A stretch of DNA of 64,000 nt from Novosphingobium sp. (GTDB lineage: Bacteria; Pseudomonadota; Alphaproteobacteria; Sphingomonadales; Sphingomonadaceae): NCBI GenBank assembly GCA_050725835.1, contig JBOHIC010000053.1, positions 846 through 64,845 on the forward strand. The letters run 5' to 3'. This document shows positions 55,016-63,421 of this stretch, piece after piece. A model generated the notes under the pieces. That model was given only the letters and a program-made list of their open reading frames with translations, did not search any database and was not told the DNA's origin. A program made the translations under genes and the position numbers. Position 1 is the first letter of the stretch, and the number at the start of each line of letters is the position of its first letter.

Positions 55016-55573
55016 TCAGCCGCTGCCGTAAAGCTCGGCTTCGGCCGCCCTGCGCTTGACCAGCCCGGGCAGAACCTTGCCGCCTGCGCGGACCCAGCGC
55101 GCAAACTCCGCGCGGGCGGCGGCGAAATCGCCGGCGCGGTGACGCTTGGTGAGGGTGGCGCGGCGGATTGCGCCGGTGTTGTAGTGGAAGCCGACCAGCG
55201 CATCGAACTGGGGCTGGGTGGTCGGCGCGCCTGCTAGCGCGGCTGATACCTCGCCGGCATAGCGGACAAGGTCGCGCTCGAGCCGATCATCGCACTCGGC
55301 CTGGGTCCATACCGTACCGGGGCCGATCCCCGCGCCGGTCGCGCCCCAGCCGATGGTCCACGGCGCTCCGCCCGTGCCGGGGTCGGGGTAAGCCGCGAAG
55401 CGGCGGTCAGGACGGCGGCGAGCGCAGCCTTCGAAGCGCTTGATCAGCGCGATCCCGGCGGGGCCGATGCTGAGCTGCGCGGGTGTCGGCTCGGAAGCGC
55501 AGGACACGGGGGCAGGCTCGTCACGCGCCTTCATCCGGCGCAGAGCTTCGAAGAAATTCTGTCCGAAATCCAT
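55016..55573 (-). CDS. GH24 (phage-type) lysozyme, orphan
   Basis: LIKRFEGC...AYPDPGTGGAPWTIGWGAT, QPQFDALVGFHYNTG, FARW...GGKVLPGLVKRRAAE; start placed at MDFGQ (55573). Confidence 0.88.
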   Translation of the reverse strand: MDFGQNFFEALRRMKARDEPAPVSCASEPTPAQLSIGPAGIALIKRFEGCARRRPDRRFAAYPDPGTGGAPWTIGWGATGAGIGPGTVWTQAECDDRLERDLVRYAGEVSAALAGAPTTQPQFDALVGFHYNTGAIRRATLTKRHRAGDFAAARAEFARWVRAGGKVLPGLVKRRAAEAELYGSG

Positions 55574-55650
55574 GGGCGTGCTTCCCGAATATGAGAAGCC
55601 GCCCAAGTAAACCGCAGATGCCTGTGTAGGAAAATGGTTTGTTCGAGGCG

Positions 55651-55748
55651 AAGCCCCTCCCCGGCGGGGAGGGGCTGGGGTGGGGGCTCTGAGCTTGCCG
55701 AACAGCGCTGAACCCCCATCCCAACCCTTCCCCAACGGGGAAGGGCTT
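55651..55748. repeat. Inverted REP-like doublet, CCCCTCCCC family
   Basis: Left AAGCCCCTCCCCGGCGGGGAGGGGCTGGGGTGGGGG; right reverse complement AAGCCCTTCCCCGTTGGGGAAGGGTTGGGATGGGGG. Confidence 0.85.
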
Positions 55749-55756
55749 AGGTTGCG

Positions 55757-57148
55757 CTAGATGTGGATCGGCTTTCCGGTCACCGCCATCGCCGCTTCCT
55801 TGATCGCCTCGGAATGCGTCGGGTGGGCGTGGCAGGTGTAGGCGATGTCCTCGGAGGTCGCGCCGAATTCCATCGCCTGCGCGGCCTGGGCGATCATCGT
55901 CCCCGCCACGCTGGCGATGCACCACACGCCGAGCACGCGGTCGGTCCTGGCGTCGGCGATGACTTTGACGAACCCGTCGGGCTCCTGGTTGGTCTTGGCG
56001 CGGCTGTTGGCCATCATCGGGAACTTGCCGACCTTGATCTCGCCGTTCGCCTTGGCCTCGTCCTCGGTCAGCCCGACCCCGGCGATCTCGGGCATGGTGT
56101 AGACCACCCCGGGGATCACCTCGTGGTTCACGATCCCGGTCTGCCCGGCGATGTTCTCGGCCACCGCGATGCCCTCGTCCTCGGCCTTGTGCGCGAGCAT
56201 CGGCCCGGGGATGACGTCGCCGATCGCCCAGACGCCCTCGACCTTGGTGCGGAAGTCGTGGTCGGTTTCGATCTGGTGGCGTTGGTTGAGTTCGAGTCCG
56301 ATCACGTCGAGCCCCAGACCTTCGGTGTTGGGCCGCCGTCCGATCGAGACCAGCACGCAGTCGGCCTCCAGCGTCTCGGAAGCGCCGCCTTTGGCCGGTT
56401 CGAGCGTGAGCGTGGCCTTGCCGCCCTTGACGCTCGCCGCGGTGACCTTGGTCGCGAGCCTGAGCGTCATGCCCTGCTTCTTGAAGATCTTGGCGGCTTC
56501 CTTGCGCACGTCCAGATCCATGCCGGGGAGCAGCTGGTCGAGGAATTCGACCACGATGACCTCGCTGCCGAGCCGCCGCCAGACCGAACCGAGCTCGAGC
56601 CCGATCACTCCGCCGCCGATCACCACCATCCGCTTGGGCACTTTGGGAATTTCGAGCGCGCCGGTGCTGTCGACGATCACCTTCTGATCGATTTCCACAC
56701 CCGGGAGCGGGGTGACCGACGAGCCGGTGGCTATGACGATGTTCTTGGCGGTGACCGACTTGCCGCCGACCGAAACGGTGTGGGCGTCGGTGAAGCTCGC
56801 CAGCCCTTTGAGCCATTCGACCTTGTTCTTCTTGAACAGGAACTCGATGCCCTTGGTCAGCCCGCCAACCGCATCGAGCCGCTGCGCGTGCATCTTGCCA
56901 AGATTGAGCTTGGGGCTGACCTCGATCCCCATCTCGGCCATCGCGCCGTTCTTCGCCGCGTCGAAATACTCCGAAGCATGAAGCATCGCCTTCGAGGGGA
57001 TGCACCCGACATTGAGGCATGTCCCCCCCAGCGTCTCGCGGCTCTCGGCACAAGCGGTCTTCAGCCCCAGCTGCGCCGCACGGATCGCGGCAACATAGCC
57101 GCCCGGGCCGGCACCGATGACGAGGACGTCGTAGTCGTATTCAGTCAT
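55757..57148 (-). CDS. lpdA: Dihydrolipoyl dehydrogenase (E3)
   Basis: VIGAGPGGY, GGTCLNVGCIPSK, GGGVIGLE, HAHPTHSE. Confidence 0.97.
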   Translation of the reverse strand: MTEYDYDVLVIGAGPGGYVAAIRAAQLGLKTACAESRETLGGTCLNVGCIPSKAMLHASEYFDAAKNGAMAEMGIEVSPKLNLGKMHAQRLDAVGGLTKGIEFLFKKNKVEWLKGLASFTDAHTVSVGGKSVTAKNIVIATGSSVTPLPGVEIDQKVIVDSTGALEIPKVPKRMVVIGGGVIGLELGSVWRRLGSEVIVVEFLDQLLPGMDLDVRKEAAKIFKKQGMTLRLATKVTAASVKGGKATLTLEPAKGGASETLEADCVLVSIGRRPNTEGLGLDVIGLELNQRHQIETDHDFRTKVEGVWAIGDVIPGPMLAHKAEDEGIAVAENIAGQTGIVNHEVIPGVVYTMPEIAGVGLTEDEAKANGEIKVGKFPMMANSRAKTNQEPDGFVKVIADARTDRVLGVWCIASVAGTMIAQAAQAMEFGATSEDIAYTCHAHPTHSEAIKEAAMAVTGKPIHI

Positions 57149-57156
57149 TTCCAAAC

Positions 57157-57525
57157 CTAGCTTGCCTTTCGCACGGGAAAAACCGTTACGCGATCCCCGG
57201 AATTGCCGAGAACCACCATGTGTCCTTCGATCCGCCCAGATTCCAGCGCGACGAGGATACGCGGGATGATTTCTTCAACGGTTTGCGGCTCGAACCGCAC
57301 ATAGAGAATGCCGGGCGGGGCAGACATTCCGTCCAAAAACACCAGCTCACCAAAATCGCTGTCACAGGTCAGCAGAATTCGGCCTTCACGAACAGCAAGA
57401 TCCAACACGTCCTCATCGGGGGCTGATTGCCCGAGCCGATCAATCGACCGAACCGTATCGTATCCCGCGGCGATCAATGCATTGGCAACCCGGCTCCCCA
57501 AGTTGGCATCGCACAGAAGTTTCAA
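57157..57525 (-). CDS. DUF5615 PIN-like (VapC45-type) toxin
   Basis: MKLLCDANL...APDEDVL..A..EGRILLTCDSDFGELVF; TTG start overlapping the DUF433 stop. Confidence 0.85.
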   Translation of the reverse strand: MKLLCDANLGSRVANALIAAGYDTVRSIDRLGQSAPDEDVLDLAVREGRILLTCDSDFGELVFLDGMSAPPGILYVRFEPQTVEEIIPRILVALESGRIEGHMVVLGNSGDRVTVFPVRKAS

Positions 57526-57764
57526 GCGGCTCGCGCCTTGGCGATCGCGACGAAGTCCTCATCATGGATCAAATCCGCGGCGAACTGCGCGGCGGCCTGA
57601 ATATGTTCAGGGCCGATACCGGGATACTCTTCCGCGATCTGCTCGTTGGTCCAACCTGCTCCTACCAGCTTGAGTACGCGTTCGACCGAATAGCGCGTGC
57701 CCTTGAAGGTCAGTTTCCCGCCCAGGACCTTGGGGTCGGAATGAATCTGCTGTTTCCAGTCCAT
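57522..57764 (-). CDS. DUF433 antitoxin
   Basis: IHSDPKVLGGKLTFKGTRYSV..VL...GW..EQIAEEYP.I..EHIQAA. Confidence 0.9.
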   Translation of the reverse strand: MDWKQQIHSDPKVLGGKLTFKGTRYSVERVLKLVGAGWTNEQIAEEYPGIGPEHIQAAAQFAADLIHDEDFVAIAKARAA

Positions 57765-57771
57765 CTGCGCC

Positions 57772-59004
57772 TCACAAGTCGATCAGCAACCGCGTCGGGT
57801 CTTCTATCGCTTCCTTGATGGTCTTCAAAGCCGTAACCGCCTCGCGGCCATCAATCAGGCGGTGGTCATAGCTCAGCGCGAGGTACATCATTGGGCGGAT
57901 CACGATCTCGCCGCCGCGGACCACCGGGCGGTCCTCGATCCGGTGGAGGCCGAGCACGGCGCTCTGCGGCGGGTTGACGATCGGGGTCGACATCAGTCCG
58001 CCAAAGATCCCGCCGTTGGAGATGGTGAAGGTGCCGCCGGCCATGTCGGCCATGGTCAGGCTGCCCTCCTTGGCGCGCTTGCCGAGGTCGCCGATCGCCT
58101 TTTCGATCTCGGCGAAGCCCAGCTTGTCGACGTTGCGCACCACCGGGACGACCAGGCCGTTGGGAGCCGAGACCGCGACCGAGAGATCGACGTAATCGAA
58201 ATAGACGATCTCCTCCCCGTCGATCTGGGCGTTGACCGCGGGGATGTCCTTCAATGCGAGGCACGCGGCCTTGGCGAAGAAGCTCATGAAGCCGAGCTTC
58301 ACCCCGTGCTTCTTCTCGAACACGTCCTTGTACTTCTCGCGCGCGGCGATCACCGCCGACATATCGCAATCGTTGAAAGTGGTAAGCAGCGCGGCGGTGT
58401 CCTGCGCGGACTTGAGCCGCTTGGCGATGGTTTGACGCAGCCGGGTCATCCGCACCCGTTCCTCGCGGCGCTCGCCGGTGACCGCAGCCGCAGGAGCAGC
58501 TTCGGTCGGGGCGGGGGCGGGAGCCGGCGCGGCGGTCTTGGCCTGCGCCGCGGCGACCACGTCTTCCTTGGTCACGCGCCCGTCCTTGCCGGTGCCCTTG
58601 ACGCTGGTCGGGTCGATCCCGTGCTCGAGCACCGCGCGGCGCACCGAGGGGGAGAGCGTCGCGGTTTCGGCGGCGGGCGCTGGCGCAGCCTTGGCCACCG
58701 TGTCCGACGCGGGCGGCACCGGCGCTTCGGTCCGCGCCGCAACCGGCTCAGCCCCGGCGGCGGGGGTGCCGTCCTCGATTGTCGCGATCACCGCGCCGAC
58801 CGCGACGTTGTCGCCCGCCTTGGCGAGGAACTGGCCCATCGTCCCGGCGACCGGTGCGGTCACCTCGACCGCGACCTTGTCGGTCTCGAGGCTGGCGATC
58901 GGCTCGTCGAGCCCGACCGCTTCGCCGGGCTGCTTGAGCCATTCGCCGATGGTCGCCTCGGCGACGCTTTCGCCCAGGGTGGGGACTTTGACTTCGGTGG
59001 ACAT
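57772..59004 (-). CDS. sucB: 2-oxoglutarate dehydrogenase E2 (dihydrolipoamide succinyltransferase)
   Basis: Lipoyl domain [11 protein letters not shown]3-binding domain [21 protein letters not shown]. Confidence 0.97.
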   Translation of the reverse strand: MSTEVKVPTLGESVAEATIGEWLKQPGEAVGLDEPIASLETDKVAVEVTAPVAGTMGQFLAKAGDNVAVGAVIATIEDGTPAAGAEPVAARTEAPVPPASDTVAKAAPAPAAETATLSPSVRRAVLEHGIDPTSVKGTGKDGRVTKEDVVAAAQAKTAAPAPAPAPTEAAPAAAVTGERREERVRMTRLRQTIAKRLKSAQDTAALLTTFNDCDMSAVIAAREKYKDVFEKKHGVKLGFMSFFAKAACLALKDIPAVNAQIDGEEIVYFDYVDLSVAVSAPNGLVVPVVRNVDKLGFAEIEKAIGDLGKRAKEGSLTMADMAGGTFTISNGGIFGGLMSTPIVNPPQSAVLGLHRIEDRPVVRGGEIVIRPMMYLALSYDHRLIDGREAVTALKTIKEAIEDPTRLLIDL

Positions 59005-59006
59005 GG

Positions 59007-61838
59007 TCAGGCTTTCTTCCTGCGGCGAATTTCGGAGCGGACCGAGAGGCCCAGCGCGTTGCCGATCAGCGCGCCCTGTTCGGCCTCGTGGCGCTTGGCG
59101 AGCCCGGTGGCGGGCGAGGCGCTGGCGACGCGGCCGGCAAAGCGCGCGCGCGCCACCCCACAACGTTCTGGGCACCTGGCTTCGCCCAGCGCCTGCTCGA
59201 TCTCGGGCTCGACAAAGAACCACGCGCCGTTGTTCTTGGGCTCTTCCTGGCACCAGACCACGTCTTCGAGCTTGGGCATCTTGGCCAGCCGCGCGGCGAG
59301 CGGTTCGCCGGGGAAGGGGTAGAGCTGCTCGATCCGGATAATCTGGGTGCCTTCGACTTCGGCGGCGTCGCGCGCTTCCATCAGGTCGAGCGCGACCTTG
59401 CCCGAGCACAGCACCACCCGCTTGGTATCTTCATCGGCCGCGCCGTTCTTGTCCGAGAGGATGCGCTTGAAGTGCGCCTCGCCGACGAACTCGCTCGCTT
59501 CGCTCCGCGCCAGCGGATGGCGCAGCAACGACTTGGGGGTCATGATCACCAGCGGCTTGCGGAACGGACGGTGCATCTGGCGGCGCAGCACGTGGAAATA
59601 GTTGGCCGGGCTGGTGATGTTGCAGACCTGGATATTGTCCTGGGCGCAAAGCTGGAGGAACCGCTCGAGGCGTGCCGAGCTATGCTCGGGCCCCTGGCCC
59701 TCGTAGCCGTGCGGGAGCAGCAGGACGAGGCCGTTGGCACGCAGCCATTTTGCCTCGGAAGCGGCGATGTACTGGTCGATGATAATCTGCGCGCCGTTGG
59801 CGAAATCGCCGAACTGGGCGTCCCACAGCACGAGGCTCTTGGGATCGGCGCTGGCGTAGCCGTATTCGAAGCCGAGCACGCCGTATTCGCTCAAGGGGCT
59901 GTCGTGGACCTCGAAGCGCCCGTGCGGCAACGTGCCGAGGGGGATGTATTTGTGCTCGTCGGTCTGGTCGACCCACACCGCGTGGCGCTGGCTGAAGGTG
60001 CCCCGGCCCGAATCCTGGCCCGAAAGGCGCACCCCGTAGCCTTCGGAGAGCAGCGCGCCGAAGGCCAGCGCCTCGCCGGTCGCCCAGTCGAACCCGGCCC
60101 CGCTGGCGAACATCTCGCGCTTGGCGTCGAGCACCCGGGCTAGGGTCTTGTGGATCGTCACGCTGCCGGGAACCGTGGTTAGCGTGCGGCCGAGGCTGTC
60201 GAACAGTTTCTGCTCGATCCCGGTATGGATATTGCGCCGCGCGGTTTCGGGATCGGCGGGGGCGTGGAGGCCGCTCCAGCGCCCGGCGAACCAGTCGGCC
60301 TCGTTGGACTTGTAGCTTTTGGACGCCTCGAACTCCTGCTCGAGCGTCTGGGTGAAGCGCATCGCGGTTTCGGAGGCGTAATCCTTGTCGATCACCCCCT
60401 GTTCGACCAGCCGGCCGGCATAGATTGCGCTGACCGCGGGGTGCTGCTTGATCCGGGCATACATCAGCGGCTGGGTGAAGCTGGGCTCGTCGCCCTCGTT
60501 GTGGCCGAAGCGGCGGTAGCACCACATGTCGACCACGATGTCGCGGCCAAAGGTCTGGCGATAGTCGATCGCCAGCTTGCAGGCGAAAGTCACCGCCTCT
60601 GGATCGTCGCCGTTGACGTGGAGGATCGGCGCCTGGACCCCCTTGGCGACGTCCGAGGGGTAAGGCGAGCCGCGCGAAAACTGCGGGCTGGTGGTGAAGC
60701 CGATCTGGTTGTTGATGACGAAGTGGATGCACCCGCCGGTGTTGTAACCGCGCACGCCCGAGAAGCCGAAACACTCCCAGACGATGCCCTGCCCGGCGAA
60801 GGCCGCGTCGCCGTGGATCAGCACCGGCAGCACGGTCTTGTGCTTGTCTTTGCCGATATCGTCGCGGAACACCTGCTGCGCGCGCGCCTTGCCGAGCACG
60901 ATCGGGTCCACCGTCTCGAGGTGCGAAGGATTGGGGACCAGGCTCATGTGCACCGAAATCCCGTCGAACTCGCGGTCGGTGCTGGTGCCGAGGTGATATT
61001 TGACGTCGCCCGAACCGCCGACGTCCTCGGGGTTGGCGGTGCCGCCGGAGAACTCGTGGAAAATTACGCGGTAGGGCTTGGCCAGCACGTTGGCGAGCAC
61101 GTTGAGCCGGCCGCGGTGGGCCATCCCGTAAACGATCTCCTTGACCCCGCGGACCCCGCCGTACTTGATCACCGCCTCGAGCGCGGGGATCATCGCCTCG
61201 CCCCCGTCGAGCCCGAAGCGCTTGGTCCCGACATATTTGCGCCCAAGGAACTTCTCGTACTGCTCGCCGCGGATCACCGCGCCGAGGATCGCCTGCTTGC
61301 CTTCGGGGGTGAAGTCGATCGCCTTGTCGCCGCCTTCGATCCGGTCCTGGATGAAGCGCCGCTCCTCGACGTCGGCAATGTGCATGTATTCGAAGCCGAC
61401 CTTGCCGCAGTAATTGCGCTTGAGGATCTCGACCAGCTCGCGGATCGTGGTCCACTGGAGGCCGAACACCCCGCCGAGGAAGACCTTGCGATCGAGCGCG
61501 GCGCCGGTGAAGCCGTGATATTCGGGCGAGATGTCGGCTGGCAGCTCCTGCTTGGCGAGGCCGAGCGGATCGAGATCGGCGGCAAGGTGCCCGCGCACGC
61601 GGTAAGTGCGGATCAGCAGCATCGCGCGGATCGAATCCGCCGCGGCTTCCTCGACCGCCTTGGCGTCGAGCGGCGCGCCGCCCTTGGCCGCGGCGGCCTT
61701 GATCGCGCTGCGGATCGTGGTCGGATCGAGCGCCTGGGTGAGGTCGTCCTCGGCCGCGCCCAGCCGCCAGTTGGGCCGCGCCCAGCTCGGCCCGGGCTGC
61801 GGGTCGTCGGGGAGGAAGTCGCTGGTCTCGTAGCCCAT
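59007..61838 (-). CDS. sucA: 2-oxoglutarate dehydrogenase E1
   Basis: [47 protein letters not shown]; start at MGYETS (61838). Confidence 0.97.
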   Translation of the reverse strand: MGYETSDFLPDDPQPGPSWARPNWRLGAAEDDLTQALDPTTIRSAIKAAAAKGGAPLDAKAVEEAAADSIRAMLLIRTYRVRGHLAADLDPLGLAKQELPADISPEYHGFTGAALDRKVFLGGVFGLQWTTIRELVEILKRNYCGKVGFEYMHIADVEERRFIQDRIEGGDKAIDFTPEGKQAILGAVIRGEQYEKFLGRKYVGTKRFGLDGGEAMIPALEAVIKYGGVRGVKEIVYGMAHRGRLNVLANVLAKPYRVIFHEFSGGTANPEDVGGSGDVKYHLGTSTDREFDGISVHMSLVPNPSHLETVDPIVLGKARAQQVFRDDIGKDKHKTVLPVLIHGDAAFAGQGIVWECFGFSGVRGYNTGGCIHFVINNQIGFTTSPQFSRGSPYPSDVAKGVQAPILHVNGDDPEAVTFACKLAIDYRQTFGRDIVVDMWCYRRFGHNEGDEPSFTQPLMYARIKQHPAVSAIYAGRLVEQGVIDKDYASETAMRFTQTLEQEFEASKSYKSNEADWFAGRWSGLHAPADPETARRNIHTGIEQKLFDSLGRTLTTVPGSVTIHKTLARVLDAKREMFASGAGFDWATGEALAFGALLSEGYGVRLSGQDSGRGTFSQRHAVWVDQTDEHKYIPLGTLPHGRFEVHDSPLSEYGVLGFEYGYASADPKSLVLWDAQFGDFANGAQIIIDQYIAASEAKWLRANGLVLLLPHGYEGQGPEHSSARLERFLQLCAQDNIQVCNITSPANYFHVLRRQMHRPFRKPLVIMTPKSLLRHPLARSEASEFVGEAHFKRILSDKNGAADEDTKRVVLCSGKVALDLMEARDAAEVEGTQIIRIEQLYPFPGEPLAARLAKMPKLEDVVWCQEEPKNNGAWFFVEPEIEQALGEARCPERCGVARARFAGRVASASPATGLAKRHEAEQGALIGNALGLSVRSEIRRRKKA

Positions 61839-61854
61839 AACTCGGTTCCAATCC

Positions 61855-61969
61855 CCCCTCCCCGGTGGGGAGGGGTAGTGAGACTTGGCAGCGTGCTGCC
61901 TAGTCGCAGCGGGGTGGGTTCCGCGCTTGCATCGAACCCCCACCCCAACCCCTCCCCACCGGGGAGGGG
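61855..61969. repeat. Inverted REP-like doublet, CCCCTCCCC family, with an extra hairpin in one arm
   Basis: CCCCTCCCC-GGT-GGGGAGGGG...GGGGTGGG versus CCCACCCC-AA-CCCCTCCCC-ACC-GGGGAGGGG. Confidence 0.85.
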
Positions 61970-61979
61970 CCTATTCTGT

Positions 61980-62876
61980 TCACGCCAGCTCTTTGAGCAT
62001 CTCCGCCAGCGTCTCGCCGAGCAGACTGGGCGAGGGGCTGACGCGGATGCCGGCGGCTTCCATCGCCGCGATCTTGCTGTCGGCGTCGCCCTTGCCGCCC
62101 GAGACGATCGCCCCGGCGTGGCCCATGCGCCGTCCGGGAGGCGCGGTCTTGCCGGCGATGAAGCCCGCGACCGGCTTGCGCCGCCCGCGTTTGGCCTCGT
62201 CGATCAGGAACTGCGCGGCCTGCTCCTCGGCGTCGCCGCCGATCTCGCCGATCATGATGATCGATTTGGTTTCGTCATCCGCCAGGAACAGCTCGAGCAC
62301 GTCGATGAAATTGGTGCCGTTGACCGGATCGCCGCCGATCCCCACCGCGGTGGTCTGGCCGAGCCCGGCATTGGTGGTCTGGAACACCGCCTCATAGGTC
62401 AGCGTGCCCGACCGGCTGACCACGCCGACGCTGCCCTTGGAGAAGATGTTGCCGGGCATGATCCCGATCTTGCACTCGTTCGGGGTGAGCACGCCGGGGC
62501 AATTCGGCCCGATCAGACGCGACTTCGATCCAGACAGCGCGCGCTTGACCCGGACCATGTCGAGCACCGGGATGCCCTCGGTGATGCAGACGATCAGCGG
62601 CACCTCCGCGTCGATCGCCTCGAGAATCGAATCCGCGGCGAATGGCGGGGGGACGTAGATGCAGCTCGCGGTGGCACCGGTGGCGGCGACGGCTTCGGCG
62701 ACGGTATCCCAGATCGGCAGGCTGGTTTCGGCGTGGGTGGTCCCGCCTTTGCCCGGCGTCACCCCGCCGACCATCTGCGTGCCATAGGCCAGCGCCTGCT
62801 CGGTGTGAAACGTGCCGGTCGCGCCGGTCATCCCCTGGGTGATGACCTTGGTGTTCTTGTCGACGAGGATGCTCAT
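61980..62876 (-). CDS. sucD: Succinyl-CoA ligase alpha subunit
   Basis: [37 protein letters not shown]. Confidence 0.97.
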   Translation of the reverse strand: MSILVDKNTKVITQGMTGATGTFHTEQALAYGTQMVGGVTPGKGGTTHAETSLPIWDTVAEAVAATGATASCIYVPPPFAADSILEAIDAEVPLIVCITEGIPVLDMVRVKRALSGSKSRLIGPNCPGVLTPNECKIGIMPGNIFSKGSVGVVSRSGTLTYEAVFQTTNAGLGQTTAVGIGGDPVNGTNFIDVLELFLADDETKSIIMIGEIGGDAEEQAAQFLIDEAKRGRRKPVAGFIAGKTAPPGRRMGHAGAIVSGGKGDADSKIAAMEAAGIRVSPSPSLLGETLAEMLKELA

Positions 62877-62890
62877 ATCTCAACCAACTC

Positions 62891-62991
62891 CGTCATCCCG
62901 GCGAAGGCCGGGACCCAGCCCCAAACAATTGACGCCGCTTCGCGTCGAATTTTCCATCTTCGGTCTGGACCCCGGCCTGCTCCGGGGTGAC
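62891..62991. repeat. CGTC-tagged REP doublet, left
   Basis: CGTCATCCCGGCGAAGGCCGGGACCCAG - 46-nt spacer - CTGGACCCCGGCCTGCTCCGGGGTGAC. Confidence 0.9.
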
Positions 62992-62999
62992 AACCGGAT

Positions 63000-63293
63000 C
63001 TATCCGAACAATCCTTCGTAGAGATCTTCCCAATTCGGGTTCATCTCTTCGATCACTCGCAGCTTCCAAAGCCGCTTCCATTCCTTCATCTGCTTCTCGC
63101 GCTTGATGGCGCCTTCGATGTCGTCATGCCGTCCGTACCAGACCAGCATCTTGCAGCCATACTTGGCGGTGAAGCCACCAAATGTGCCGTCTTTGTGTTG
63201 CCAAACGCGTCCGGGCAAATCGCTGGTAACACCAATGTAGAGTGTGCCGTTGCGGCCACTAGCCATCATTTACACATATCCGCCCTTTTCCAC
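63000..63293 (-). pseudogene. GIY-YIG nuclease (UPF0213/COG2827-like) with in-frame TAA at codon 8
   Basis: GAGGAG SD, then GTG GAA AAG GGC GGA TAT GTG TAA ATG ATG GCT = MEKGGYV*MMASGRNGTLYIGVTSDL...HK...FTAKY...AIKREKQMKEWKRLWK..IE.MNPNWEDL. The ORF track reports only the part after the stop (63000-63269). Confidence 0.8.
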
Positions 63294-63307
63294 TCCATCT
63301 CCTCGCT

Positions 63308-63408
63308 CGTCACCCCGGCGAAGGCCGGGGCCCAGCCCCAATCAGACGACGCCGCTTCGCGTCGATTGTATTCGCTCGGTCTGGGTCCCGGCCTTCGCCG
63401 GGATGACG
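63308..63408. repeat. CGTC-tagged REP doublet, right
   Basis: CGTCACCCCGGCGAAGGCCGGGGCCCAG - 45-nt spacer - CTGGGTCCCGGCCTTCGCCGGGATGACG. Confidence 0.9.
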
Positions 63409-63421
63409 GAGCTTGTTTCGG

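Larger units (their letters stand above)
62888..63411. mobile_element. Putative REP-flanked GIY-YIG cassette (REP doublet - nuclease gene - REP doublet)
   Basis: Perfect 31-bp terminal inverted repeat CTCCGTCATCCCGGCGAAGGCCGGGACCCAG (62888-62918, 63381-63411); nuclease gene AT-richer than its neighbours. Mobility is inferred. Confidence 0.6.

Noticed and set aside
55016-57764. Lysozyme plus TA pair as a prophage remnant
   Set aside because: They are separated by intact lpdA; no integrase, structural, holin or att features; the lysozyme has host-like composition.
59007-61943. Long N-terminal extensions in the ORF track (sucA, sucB, acylase, amidohydrolase, thrB, rnhA, TonB receptor and others)
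   Set aside because: They run through upstream genes or REP sequence; better starts with SD motifs lie downstream.
62891-63408. Repeat-spacer-repeat pattern beside a nuclease resembling a mini-CRISPR
   Set aside because: Repeats alternate in orientation, the two spacers are copies of each other, and there are no cas genes. This fits REP doublets.
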